Part shown: piece by piece, positions 53,375 to 61,433 of the stretch
How the letters are laid out: every line of letters begins with the position of its first letter
How positions within the stretch are numbered: the first letter of the stretch is position 1
NCBI GenBank assembly: GCA_039928615.1
Contig: JBDSSS010000044.1
Location: 3,695 to 67,694 of the forward strand
Origin: Terracoccus sp.
GTDB lineage: Bacteria > Actinomycetota > Actinomycetes > Actinomycetales > Dermatophilaceae
Direction of reading: 5' to 3'
Length of the DNA stretch: 64,000 bases
Notes under the pieces: model-generated
The model's database searches: none
The model's input: only the letters and a program-made list of their open reading frames with translations
Told to the model about the DNA's origin: nothing
Position numbers and translations under genes: made by a program

Positions 53375-53787
53375 GGCGGGCCGCCGACGACCTGGGACTC
53401 ACGGAAGGCGCGCCCGCTGACCGTGAGCGCCCCAGACGGACCGATCGGACCCAGCACCGGCAGCGGCGCCCGCACGGTGACCTCGACGACCTGCACGCCG
53501 GCACCCGTGGTGCCGGTCGACGCAGAGACGTCGCCGGCGAAGGACGTCCCGACGGCCGACGTGATCAGCTCGCGAGTCCGCGCGACCCCGTCGCCCGGTA
53601 CCGCGTCGAACCGAGCCCCGTAGCGTGCTCCCTCAGAAGCCGAGGCGATGAGCGTGTTGCGCACGTAGAGGGCGATCCCCAGCTGGAAGACCGCCATCCC
53701 CACCAGCAGCACGAGGCCTGCCACCATGACGAACTCAGCTATGGCAGAGCCGTTTTCGCGTCCCCTCTGACCGGTCGCCTCGATCAC
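53371..53787 (-). CDS. TadE-family protein
   Basis: The motif ENGSAIAEFVMVAGLVLLVGMAVFQLG is the TadE/pseudopilin N-terminal motif. The GTG start overlaps the upstream stop. Confidence 0.7.
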   Translation of the reverse strand: MIEATGQRGRENGSAIAEFVMVAGLVLLVGMAVFQLGIALYVRNTLIASASEGARYGARFDAVPGDGVARTRELITSAVGTSFAGDVSASTGTTGAGVQVVEVTVRAPLPVLGPIGPSGALTVSGRAFRESQVVGGPP

Positions 53788-54008
53788 GGACCCTGGACGT
53801 TGGAGATCGCGTCGGTGAAGAGCTGACCGAGCTGGGGCCCGGCGAGGGCCCACAGGGCCGTCACGAGCCCGGCCGTCATGATCGTGATGAGGACCCAGCC
53901 CGGGACGTCACCGCGGTCGCGGCGGCCGCCCAGCCGGCCGATGAGCCCGTCGAGCCCGTCGAGGAGGACCCGTCGCTGTCGGCGGGCGGTGTTGAGAAGT
54001 GCGGTCAT
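53784..54008 (-). CDS. Small Flp-pilin-like / DUF4244-like protein (74 aa)
   Basis: It occupies the position of the pilin gene between tadC and tadE. A basic leader (RRQRR...GRRDRGD) is followed by one hydrophobic helix (WVLITIMTAGLVTALWALAG). The canonical G/xxxxEY motif is absent. Confidence 0.45.
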   Translation of the reverse strand: MTALLNTARRQRRVLLDGLDGLIGRLGGRRDRGDVPGWVLITIMTAGLVTALWALAGPQLGQLFTDAISNVQGP

Positions 54009-54059
54009 GGTGTCTCCCTGTCATCGCTGGATCAATCGGTCGTGCGTGGACATCGGTGG

Positions 54060-55037
54060 TCACAGCCGAAAGCTGAGGAAGTCGATACCGGGATAGACCG
54101 CGAACAGCACGGTGACGGGCAGGATGAGGAAGACGACGGGGATCATCATGAGGATCTCCTTCTTGCCGCCCTGCTCCATGAGGGTCCGGCGCCCGTCCTC
54201 GCGCACGTCCTGTGCCTGCGCGCGCAGCACCTCGGCCAGCGGCGTCCCGCGCTGCACTGCCACGATGATGCCGTCGACGAAGCGGCTGAGGCTGGGGAGC
54301 CCGGTGCGCTCTGCGAGACCCTGCAGGGCGGTGGGCAGGTTTGCCCCTGCACGCGCGTCAGCGAGGCAGCGGCGCAGCTCGTCGGAGAGCTCTCCGTGCG
54401 ACAGACGGCACACCCGCTCGAGGGCTCCGGCAGCACCCTCTCCGGCACTCACCGCGAGGGCGAGCAGCTCTGCGACCGTCGGAAACTCGATCAGCATCTT
54501 CGCCTCACGACGGGTCGCCGCCCGGCTCAGGGCGTAGTCCCGACCGGCGATGCCGCCCAGACCTCCGACGAGCACGAAGCCGACGAGAACCGGCACCGAG
54601 AACTGGTGGCGGGTGACCGCCGTCAGCCCGGTCAGCGCGAGGCCGACGGCGAGCCCGATAGCGCCCCAGAGCACCTGCTCGGCGCGGAACCGCTCCAGAT
54701 CTGCTGACACCCCGGCACGCTGCTGGCGCCGGGTGACGGACGTGGCTCCGCCGAGGGCCTGCTCGACCCGGCGACCGACCGCCCGGACCATGGGCGCAGC
54801 CAGCTCGCCGAGACCGAACGGACCCCTGGGGGCCGACGGCGGTGCGAGCAGCCTGGACGGGCGAGGAGTGTCGCGCAGGTAGGGCTCGAGCCGGTCGTCG
54901 AGGCTCGGTCGCTTCATGACGGGCAGACCGGCGAGGACGAGGACAATCCCGATCCCGAACAGCAGCCCGGCCATGGCCCCCGCCCAGGACCAGCCGACGG
55001 TCGTCAACCGGGCCGCGGGGTCGAGGATGCCGGTCAT
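54060..55037 (-). CDS. tadC: Type II secretion system F-family protein TadC
   Basis: T2SSF domain architecture is present: TM, a cytoplasmic helical domain (…FPTVAELLALAVSAGEGAAGALERV…) and a C-terminal TM pair. The ATGA overlaps tadB. Confidence 0.78.
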   Translation of the reverse strand: MTGILDPAARLTTVGWSWAGAMAGLLFGIGIVLVLAGLPVMKRPSLDDRLEPYLRDTPRPSRLLAPPSAPRGPFGLGELAAPMVRAVGRRVEQALGGATSVTRRQQRAGVSADLERFRAEQVLWGAIGLAVGLALTGLTAVTRHQFSVPVLVGFVLVGGLGGIAGRDYALSRAATRREAKMLIEFPTVAELLALAVSAGEGAAGALERVCRLSHGELSDELRRCLADARAGANLPTALQGLAERTGLPSLSRFVDGIIVAVQRGTPLAEVLRAQAQDVREDGRRTLMEQGGKKEILMMIPVVFLILPVTVLFAVYPGIDFLSFRL

Positions 55038-55906
55038 CGCAGCACCCTCTCCTCGTCGGGAAGGCGGCCGACCCACACCATGACCCGGTAGGCGAGGACG
55101 CAGAGACCGGCGCCCACCGCGAGGATGACCCAGCCGGTCGGCGAGGAGTAGGCGGCGAGCGAGTCGCTCTTGAGCCCGAGCATCGCGAGCACCACCCAGG
55201 GGGCGGCGACGGCGAGGCGAGCGGCATTCACGGTCCAACCCTGTCTCGTCTCGAGCTCGGATCGGGTCCTCGCGTCCTCACGGAGGAAGACCGAGAGGGT
55301 GCGGAGCAGGCGGCCGAGGTCGCTCCCACCGACCTCCCTCGCGATCCGCAGCGACTCGACGAGGCGGTCCGCGACCGGATCGCTCAACCGGTCCTTGAGC
55401 CGGTCGAGGCAGTCGCTGAAGCGTCCAGTGGTGCGGTAGTCCTCGGCGAAGGCGGCAAAGGCCGGACGGAGCTCTTCCGGTCCGCGGACGCTCAGCTGCG
55501 ACAACGCTTCCGGCAGAGCCAGACCGGCCCGCACTCCCGAGGTGATGTTGTCGACGGCGTCGGGCCACAGGTCACGGAGGCGCTGGCGTCGAGCACGGGC
55601 GCGCATCCGGACGAGGGAGACAGGCGCGAACCCCGCGATGACCGCGAAGCACACGGCGACGGGCACAACACCGGTCAGGACGACGACGGCGAGGAAGGCG
55701 AGCGCGAAGAGCACCGTCGATCCGACGACGAGGTTCGTCGGTGTGACCGACGAGAAGCCGGCCTGGTGGAGGTGATCGCGCAGGTCCAGCATGATGCCGG
55801 GACGGCGCTTCGACCGATCCGCCGCCGGCACCTGCGGCCAGAACGACCAGTAGATGCAGAACACCCCAGCGCCCAGCAGCAGACCGACGACGAGCGGGGA
55901 CATCAC
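55034..55906 (-). CDS. tadB: Type II secretion system F-family protein TadB
   Basis: T2SSF architecture is present (…LWPDAVDNITSGVRAGLALPEAL…). The start is the GTG at 55906 or the ATG at 55903; both overlap the tadA stop. Confidence 0.78.
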   Translation of the reverse strand: MMSPLVVGLLLGAGVFCIYWSFWPQVPAADRSKRRPGIMLDLRDHLHQAGFSSVTPTNLVVGSTVLFALAFLAVVVLTGVVPVAVCFAVIAGFAPVSLVRMRARARRQRLRDLWPDAVDNITSGVRAGLALPEALSQLSVRGPEELRPAFAAFAEDYRTTGRFSDCLDRLKDRLSDPVADRLVESLRIAREVGGSDLGRLLRTLSVFLREDARTRSELETRQGWTVNAARLAVAAPWVVLAMLGLKSDSLAAYSSPTGWVILAVGAGLCVLAYRVMVWVGRLPDEERVLR

Positions 55907-57141
55907 TCACCCGCCTGCCCGAGCAGCAACATCACGTCGTAGCCCGCACGCTCGAACGCCTCCCGGTGCGGCGGGTAGCCGTCAGCGCGGGTGAGGACAC
56001 CGGACCGGGTGACGAAGAGGTCGGCGATCTCGATGACGTCACCCTCGGCGCGCCCCGGCACGGCGACGATCTCGCGCACCCGCCGCTTGCCGTCCCGCTC
56101 GAGAGCGACGTGGACGACGAGGTCGACCGAGGCGGCCACGGTGGGGACGACGAACCGGCTCGACACGTTCTCCCCGGCCAGGAGCGGGAGCGTGCACATT
56201 TTGGTGACCGCCTCGCGCGCACTGTTGGCGTGGAGGGTGCACATTCCGGGAACTCCGCTGTTGAGCGCGATCAGCAGGTCGAGGCTCTCCTCCTGCCGGA
56301 CCTCACCGACGATGATCCGCGAGGGACGCATCCGCAGCGCCTCCTTCACGAGCCGCCGCAGCGGCACCTCCCCCGTGCCCTCGAGGCTCGGCTGCCGACA
56401 CTGGAGCGCGGCCACGTCGCGGAGTGGGATCTTCAGCTCGAAGACCTCTTCACAGGTGACCACCCGATCCCGGGGCGGGATGGCCGCCGCGAGGCAGTTG
56501 AGAAGCGTTGTCTTTCCTGCTTGCGTCCCGCCTGCCACGAGGATGTTGAGGCCGCTCGCGACCGCGGCGTCGAGGAAGGTGGCCGCCTGCTTGGTCAGCG
56601 TCCCGAGCCGGACGAGGTCCTCGAGGTGGTCGGCCTTGACGACGAACTTGCGGACGTTGACCTGCCAGTGCGTGCGGCTGATGTCGGGGATGACGACGTG
56701 CAGGCGCGACCCGTCAGCGAGGGTGGCGTCGACGAACGGGCTACTGAGGTCGACCCGCCGACCGGATGCCTTGAGCATCCGCTCGACGAGGTCACGCACG
56801 TCGTCCGCCGTGAGGATCGTCGAGGTCAGCTCGGCCACGCCGCCCCGCGCCACGAACACCTTGCTGGGGTCGTTGATCCACACCTCCTCGACCGTGGGGT
56901 CGTCGAAGTACTGCTGGAGCGGGCCGTAGCCGGCCACGACCGCGAGCACCGAGTGCACGGCGGCGGCCGGGTCACCCAGGGGCGCCAGTCCACCGTGGAG
57001 GCTGCGCTCGTCGTAGTCCTGCACGACGTCCTGCACGAGCCGGCGCACCTCGAGCGAGTCCCGGGCGGGATCCAGTCCGGAGCGGCGGATCAGCTCCCTG
57101 ACCTCGCCCTCGACGGTCCGAACCGCTTCGTGCGTCGACAT
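55903..57141 (-). CDS. tadA: CpaF/TadA secretion ATPase
   Basis: The motifs VAGGTQAGKTTLLNCL (Walker A), RIIVGEVR (Walker B region), ALNSGVPGMCTLHANSAREA (His box) and EEVWINDPSKVFV are present. The ATG at 57141 was chosen because the upstream ORF extension looks non-coding. Confidence 0.9.
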   Translation of the reverse strand: MSTHEAVRTVEGEVRELIRRSGLDPARDSLEVRRLVQDVVQDYDERSLHGGLAPLGDPAAAVHSVLAVVAGYGPLQQYFDDPTVEEVWINDPSKVFVARGGVAELTSTILTADDVRDLVERMLKASGRRVDLSSPFVDATLADGSRLHVVIPDISRTHWQVNVRKFVVKADHLEDLVRLGTLTKQAATFLDAAVASGLNILVAGGTQAGKTTLLNCLAAAIPPRDRVVTCEEVFELKIPLRDVAALQCRQPSLEGTGEVPLRRLVKEALRMRPSRIIVGEVRQEESLDLLIALNSGVPGMCTLHANSAREAVTKMCTLPLLAGENVSSRFVVPTVAASVDLVVHVALERDGKRRVREIVAVPGRAEGDVIEIADLFVTRSGVLTRADGYPPHREAFERAGYDVMLLLGQAGE

Positions 57142-57152
57142 CCCTGTCCCCT

Positions 57153-57169
57153 GACACGTGACACGTGAC
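57153..57169. repeat. Tandem GACACGT GACACGT GAC (two overlapping CACGTG palindromes) 12 nt upstream of the tadA start
   Basis: Read directly. It sits where the SD or operator of tadA would lie. Confidence 0.85.
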
Positions 57170-57477
57170 CCATGGCCCCAGGCGGTGCACCGGTCCCCGC
57201 AGTCCGGCCCGTTCAGGTTAGGACCAACCCACGGACCTGTGGGTCGATAATCTCGAAGTTGTGGAAAACCCGTCAGGAGACGGTCATCAACATCGGTGCC
57301 CTCAGAGCAGGGCGGTGCGCTTGCTCCGTGCCCGCCACCACTCCCTGGGCCCGCACCTATCGGGAGCAGCCGGCGAACGACAAGGGGTCGTGATCGCACG
57401 TTGCGGAGCCGGGCGGGCCTGCGATCGTGGCCCTTTGTCAGCCCTCGCTGCGTTCGTGACCCCGGGGGACCGCAGCC

Positions 57478-58644
57478 TCAGCCCTTGAGCAGGTGCCTGG
57501 CCATCACGATGCGCTGGACCTGGTTGGTGCCCTCGTAGATCTGGGTGATCTTCGCGTCGCGCATCATCCGCTCGAGCGGGAAGTCGCGGGTGTAGCCGGC
57601 GCCGCCGAGCAGCTGGACGGCGTCGGTCGTCAGCTTCATCGCGACGTCGGAGGCGAAGCACTTGGCCGCCGCGCCGAAGAAGGAGAGGTCCCTGTCGCCG
57701 CGCTCGGACTTCGCCGCCGCGACGTAGACCATCTGGCGCGCGGCCTCGAGCTCCATCGCCATGTCGGCGAGCATGAACTGCACGCCCTGGAACTCGGCGA
57801 CGGCCCTGCCGAACTGCTGGCGCTCCTTGACGTAGGCCACGGCGTGGTCGAGCGCGCCCTGGGCGATGCCGACGGCCTGCGCCCCGATCGTCACGCGGGT
57901 GTGGTCGAGCGTCTTCAGCGCGATCTTGAGGCCGTCGCCGACCTCGCCGACGACGCGGTCTCCGGGCAGGCGCACGTTGTCGAAGTGCAGCTCGCGGGTG
58001 GGGCTGCCCTTGATGCCGAGCTTGCGCTCCTTCTCACCGAAGGTGAAGCCCTCGTCGGACTTCTCGACGACGAATGCCGTGACGTTGCTGCCGCGCTTGC
58101 CGTCGGGGTCGGTGACCGCGAGGACGGTGTAGAACTCCGAGACGCCGGCGTTGGTGATCCACGACTTCTGGCCGTTGAGGATCCAGTCGTCGCCGTCGCG
58201 GCGGGCCCGGCACTTCATCGCGGACGTGTCGGAGCCGGCCTCGCGCTCGGACAGTCCGTAGGAGAAGGTCGACTCGCCGCGGGCGAGCGGCGGCAGATAG
58301 CGCGCCTTGATCTCGTCGCTGCCGGCGAGGATGAGCGGCATGGAGCCGAGCTTGTTGACCGCCGGGATCAGGCTGGACGATGCGCAGACCCGCGCCACCT
58401 CCTCGATGACGATGCAGGTGGCGAGCGCGTCGGCGCCGACCCCGTCGTACTCCTCGGCCACGTGCGGGGCGAAGAAGTCGGAGGCGACGAGGGCGTCGTG
58501 GGCCTCCTGGGGATAGCGGGGGTCCTCGTCGACGGCAGCGGCATACGGCGCGATCTTGTCCTCGGACACGGCGCGCACCGCCTCGCGCAGGGCCTCGTGG
58601 TCCTCGTTGATCCGGAACAGGTCGAAGTCGGTGTTGGCGCTCAC
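57478..58644 (-). CDS. Acyl-CoA dehydrogenase
   Basis: The sequence runs from FRINEDHEALREAV through GSDTSAM, WITNAG and QIYEGTNQVQRIVMARHLLKG. GTG start at 58644. Confidence 0.88.
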   Translation of the reverse strand: MSANTDFDLFRINEDHEALREAVRAVSEDKIAPYAAAVDEDPRYPQEAHDALVASDFFAPHVAEEYDGVGADALATCIVIEEVARVCASSSLIPAVNKLGSMPLILAGSDEIKARYLPPLARGESTFSYGLSEREAGSDTSAMKCRARRDGDDWILNGQKSWITNAGVSEFYTVLAVTDPDGKRGSNVTAFVVEKSDEGFTFGEKERKLGIKGSPTRELHFDNVRLPGDRVVGEVGDGLKIALKTLDHTRVTIGAQAVGIAQGALDHAVAYVKERQQFGRAVAEFQGVQFMLADMAMELEAARQMVYVAAAKSERGDRDLSFFGAAAKCFASDVAMKLTTDAVQLLGGAGYTRDFPLERMMRDAKITQIYEGTNQVQRIVMARHLLKG

Positions 58645-58794
58645 GAACCAAATGCTACTCGCCAGTTCGACTTGGTAGGACGTCCTCGTGATCCACCCCA
58701 CGCCGCTGCTCCATCCGCACCGACCCCTCCCCTGCTGTCCACGATGAGGACGCCCCGTCCCACCGGGCGGTCACCGCGTCGTATCCTCTGCGGA

Positions 58795-58910
58795 GGTCAT
58801 GAGTGCCAGCGACAAGCCCCGGCTCGCTGGCCGGCAACCCTCCTATCGCGGTGGGGTGCCCCGGGTGAGGACCTGGCCCGTGGACGATCGTCCGCAGGCA
58901 AGCGCGGAGA
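58795..58910 (+). promoter_or_regulatory. SAM-IV riboswitch (S-adenosylmethionine) in the metY leader
   Basis: The sequence GGTCATGAGTGCCAGCGACAAGCCCCGGCTCGCTGGCCGGCAACCCTCCTATCGCGGTGGGGTGCCCCGGGTGAGGACCTGG...GCAGGCAAGCGCGG matches the recalled SAM-IV consensus blocks almost nucleotide for nucleotide. It sits upstream of metY, as is typical in Actinobacteria. Confidence 0.78.
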
Positions 58911-58992
58911 GACCTCTCCCGCACCGACACGTCGGTGCGCCGGACCCGGTGACCGGGTCCTCGGCCACCGCACCAGGCAGAGAGACGGGACC

Positions 58993-60312
58993 ATGAGCGA
59001 GACCCCCAACTGGTCGTTCGAGACGAAGCAGATCCACGCCGGGCAGAGCCCCGACCCCACCACCGGGGCGCGTGCCCTGCCGATCTACCAGACGACGAGC
59101 TACGTCTTCAACGACACCGAGCACGCCGCAAACCTGTTCGGGCTCAAGGAGTTCGGCAACATCTACACCCGCCTGATGAACCCCACGACCGACGTCGTGG
59201 AGCAGCGCATCGCGGCCCTCGAGGGTGGCGTCGCGGCCCTCCTCGTCGCGTCGGGCCAGGCCGCCGAGACCCTCGCGATCCTCAACATCGCCGAAGCCGG
59301 CGACCACGTCGTCGCCTCCCCCTCGCTCTACGGCGGCACCTACAACCTGCTCAAGCACACGCTGCCGAAGTTCGGCCTCCAGGTCACCTTCGTCGAGGAC
59401 CCGACCTCGATCGACTCGTGGCGCGCGGCCGTGCAGCCCAACACCAAGCTCTTCTACGGCGAGACGATCGCCAACCCCAAGAGCGAGATCCTCGACATCG
59501 AGGCGGTCGCGGCCCTCGCCCACGAGCACGGCGTGCCGCTCGTCGTCGACAACACCGTCGCGACGCCCTACCTGATCCGCCCGATCGAGTGGGGCGCCGA
59601 CATCGTCGTGCACTCCGCGACGAAGTACCTCGGCGGCCACGGCACCTCGATCGCCGGCGCCATCGTCGACTCCGGCAACTTCGACTTCGGCGCCGACCCG
59701 GAGAAGTTCCCCAACTACAACACCCCGGAGGAGAGCTACCACGGCCTCGTCTTCGCCCGGGACCTCGGCGTGGGCAGCCCTCTCGGCGCCAACCTCGCCT
59801 TCATCCTCAAGGCGCGGGTGCAGCTGCTCCGCGACCTCGGCGCGGCCGTCTCCCCCTTCAACGCCTTCCTCATCGCGCAGGGCATCGAGACGCTGAGCCT
59901 GCGCATCGAGCGCCACCTCGAGAACGCCCACAAGGTCGCGGCGTTCCTCGAGGGCCACGACCAGGTCGAGCGCGTCGTGTGGGCGTCGTTGCCGAGCAGT
60001 CCCTCCCACGCGCTCGCGGAGAAGTACACCCCGCGCGGAGCGGGCGCCGTGCTCTCGTTCGAGATCGTTGGCGGCCTCGATGCGGGCAAGACCTTCGTCG
60101 AGGCGCTCACCCTGCACAGTCACGTCGCCAACATCGGCGACGTGCGCTCGCTCGTCATCCACCCCGCGTCGACGACCCACTCCCAGGGTCCTGACGAGGA
60201 CCGCCTGGCGGCCGGCGTCACGCCCGGCCTCGTCCGCCTCTCGGTCGGCATCGAGCACATCGACGACATCATCGCCGACCTCGAGCAGGGCTTCACCGCC
60301 GCCAAGGCCTGA
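58993..60312 (+). CDS. metY: O-acetylhomoserine aminocarboxypropyltransferase (sulfhydrylase)
   Basis: The translation WSFETKQIHAGQSPDPTTGARALPIYQTTSYVF...SATKYLGGHGT (PLP Lys)...VANIGDVRSLVIHPASTTHSQ identifies the enzyme. Confidence 0.92.
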   Translation: MSETPNWSFETKQIHAGQSPDPTTGARALPIYQTTSYVFNDTEHAANLFGLKEFGNIYTRLMNPTTDVVEQRIAALEGGVAALLVASGQAAETLAILNIAEAGDHVVASPSLYGGTYNLLKHTLPKFGLQVTFVEDPTSIDSWRAAVQPNTKLFYGETIANPKSEILDIEAVAALAHEHGVPLVVDNTVATPYLIRPIEWGADIVVHSATKYLGGHGTSIAGAIVDSGNFDFGADPEKFPNYNTPEESYHGLVFARDLGVGSPLGANLAFILKARVQLLRDLGAAVSPFNAFLIAQGIETLSLRIERHLENAHKVAAFLEGHDQVERVVWASLPSSPSHALAEKYTPRGAGAVLSFEIVGGLDAGKTFVEALTLHSHVANIGDVRSLVIHPASTTHSQGPDEDRLAAGVTPGLVRLSVGIEHIDDIIADLEQGFTAAKA

Positions 60313-60332
60313 CCTCCGCACGACCGACAGCC

Positions 60333-60368
60333 CGACGGGCCCCACCGCGTATGCCGTGGGGCCCGTCG
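60333..60368 (+). terminator. Hairpin CGACGGGCCCCAC-(10 nt)-GTGGGGCCCGTCG after metY
   Basis: A 13-bp perfect stem 21 nt after the stop. Confidence 0.6.
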
Positions 60369-60386
60369 GTCTGGCAGGGTGGCCCG

Positions 60387-61427
60387 ATGAGCCCCATCCG
60401 CTACCCCGCGCCCCTGCGACCCGGTGACGTCATCGGCGTCACCGCCCCGAGCTCCGGCGTGGAGGACGAGCTCTGGCCGCGCCTCGAGGTGGCCGTCCGG
60501 TCGCTGCAGGAGCGGGGCTACGAGGTGCGGCTCGGCGAGTGCCTGCACGCCCCGACCCAGGTCAGCGCCCCGCGAGAGGAGCGGGCCGCCGAGCTGATGG
60601 GCATGCTGCTCGACCCCACCGTGCGCGCCGTCGTGCCGCCGTGGGGCGGGGAGACGGGGATCGACCTGCTCGACCTGCTCGACCTCGACGCGGTCGCGGC
60701 GGCCGAGCCCACCTGGGCCGTCGGCTTCTCCGACACCTCGACGTGGCTCACGCCGCTGCTGCTGCGCACCGGGATCGCGACGATCCACGGGCAGAACCTG
60801 ATGGACACCCCCTTCCGCCCGCCCAGCGGCATCCGCCACTGGGCCGACGTCGCCACGCTGTCGAAGGGTGGGGACTTCACCCAGCACTCCCCCGGCCGCC
60901 ACCGGGCTCAGGGGCACGACGACTACGCGACCCACCCGGAGGTTGACACCTACACCCTCGACGCGAGCGGCGGGTGGACCCGAATCGACCCCGGCCACGA
61001 GGGCGAGGACGCGACCTTCTCCGGGCGGCTCGTCGGCGGCTGCGTCGAGACGGTGAGCTTCACCGGCGGGACGGAGTGGGGCGACGTGCGGGCCTTCGCG
61101 GCCGAGTACGCCCCCGAGGGCCTCGTCGTCGCGCTCGACGTCGTCGAGTGGGGCTCCTACGACATCGCCCGGGCCATCCACGCGATGCGGCTCGCCGGCT
61201 GGTTCGAGGCCGCCAACGGCGTCGTCGTCAGCCGCACGAGCGCGCCCGGCCACCCCGGCTTCAGCCAGCACGACGCGGTCCGCGACGCCCTCGGCATGCT
61301 CGACCTGCCGATCGTCGCCGACGTCGAGTGCGGGCACGTCGCGCCCTATCTCGCCCTCGTCCACGGCGCCCCGACGACCGTCGTGCACTCAGCGAGCGAG
61401 AGCTCGATCCGTCAGTCCCTCACCTGA
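60387..61427 (+). CDS. LD-carboxypeptidase (peptidase S66 family)
   Basis: The translation LRPGDVIGVTAPSSGV..., GFSDTSTW (nucleophile Ser motif) and ...ECGHVAPYL (His) matches the family. Confidence 0.8.
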   Translation: MSPIRYPAPLRPGDVIGVTAPSSGVEDELWPRLEVAVRSLQERGYEVRLGECLHAPTQVSAPREERAAELMGMLLDPTVRAVVPPWGGETGIDLLDLLDLDAVAAAEPTWAVGFSDTSTWLTPLLLRTGIATIHGQNLMDTPFRPPSGIRHWADVATLSKGGDFTQHSPGRHRAQGHDDYATHPEVDTYTLDASGGWTRIDPGHEGEDATFSGRLVGGCVETVSFTGGTEWGDVRAFAAEYAPEGLVVALDVVEWGSYDIARAIHAMRLAGWFEAANGVVVSRTSAPGHPGFSQHDAVRDALGMLDLPIVADVECGHVAPYLALVHGAPTTVVHSASESSIRQSLT

Positions 61428-61433
61428 GCCGGC

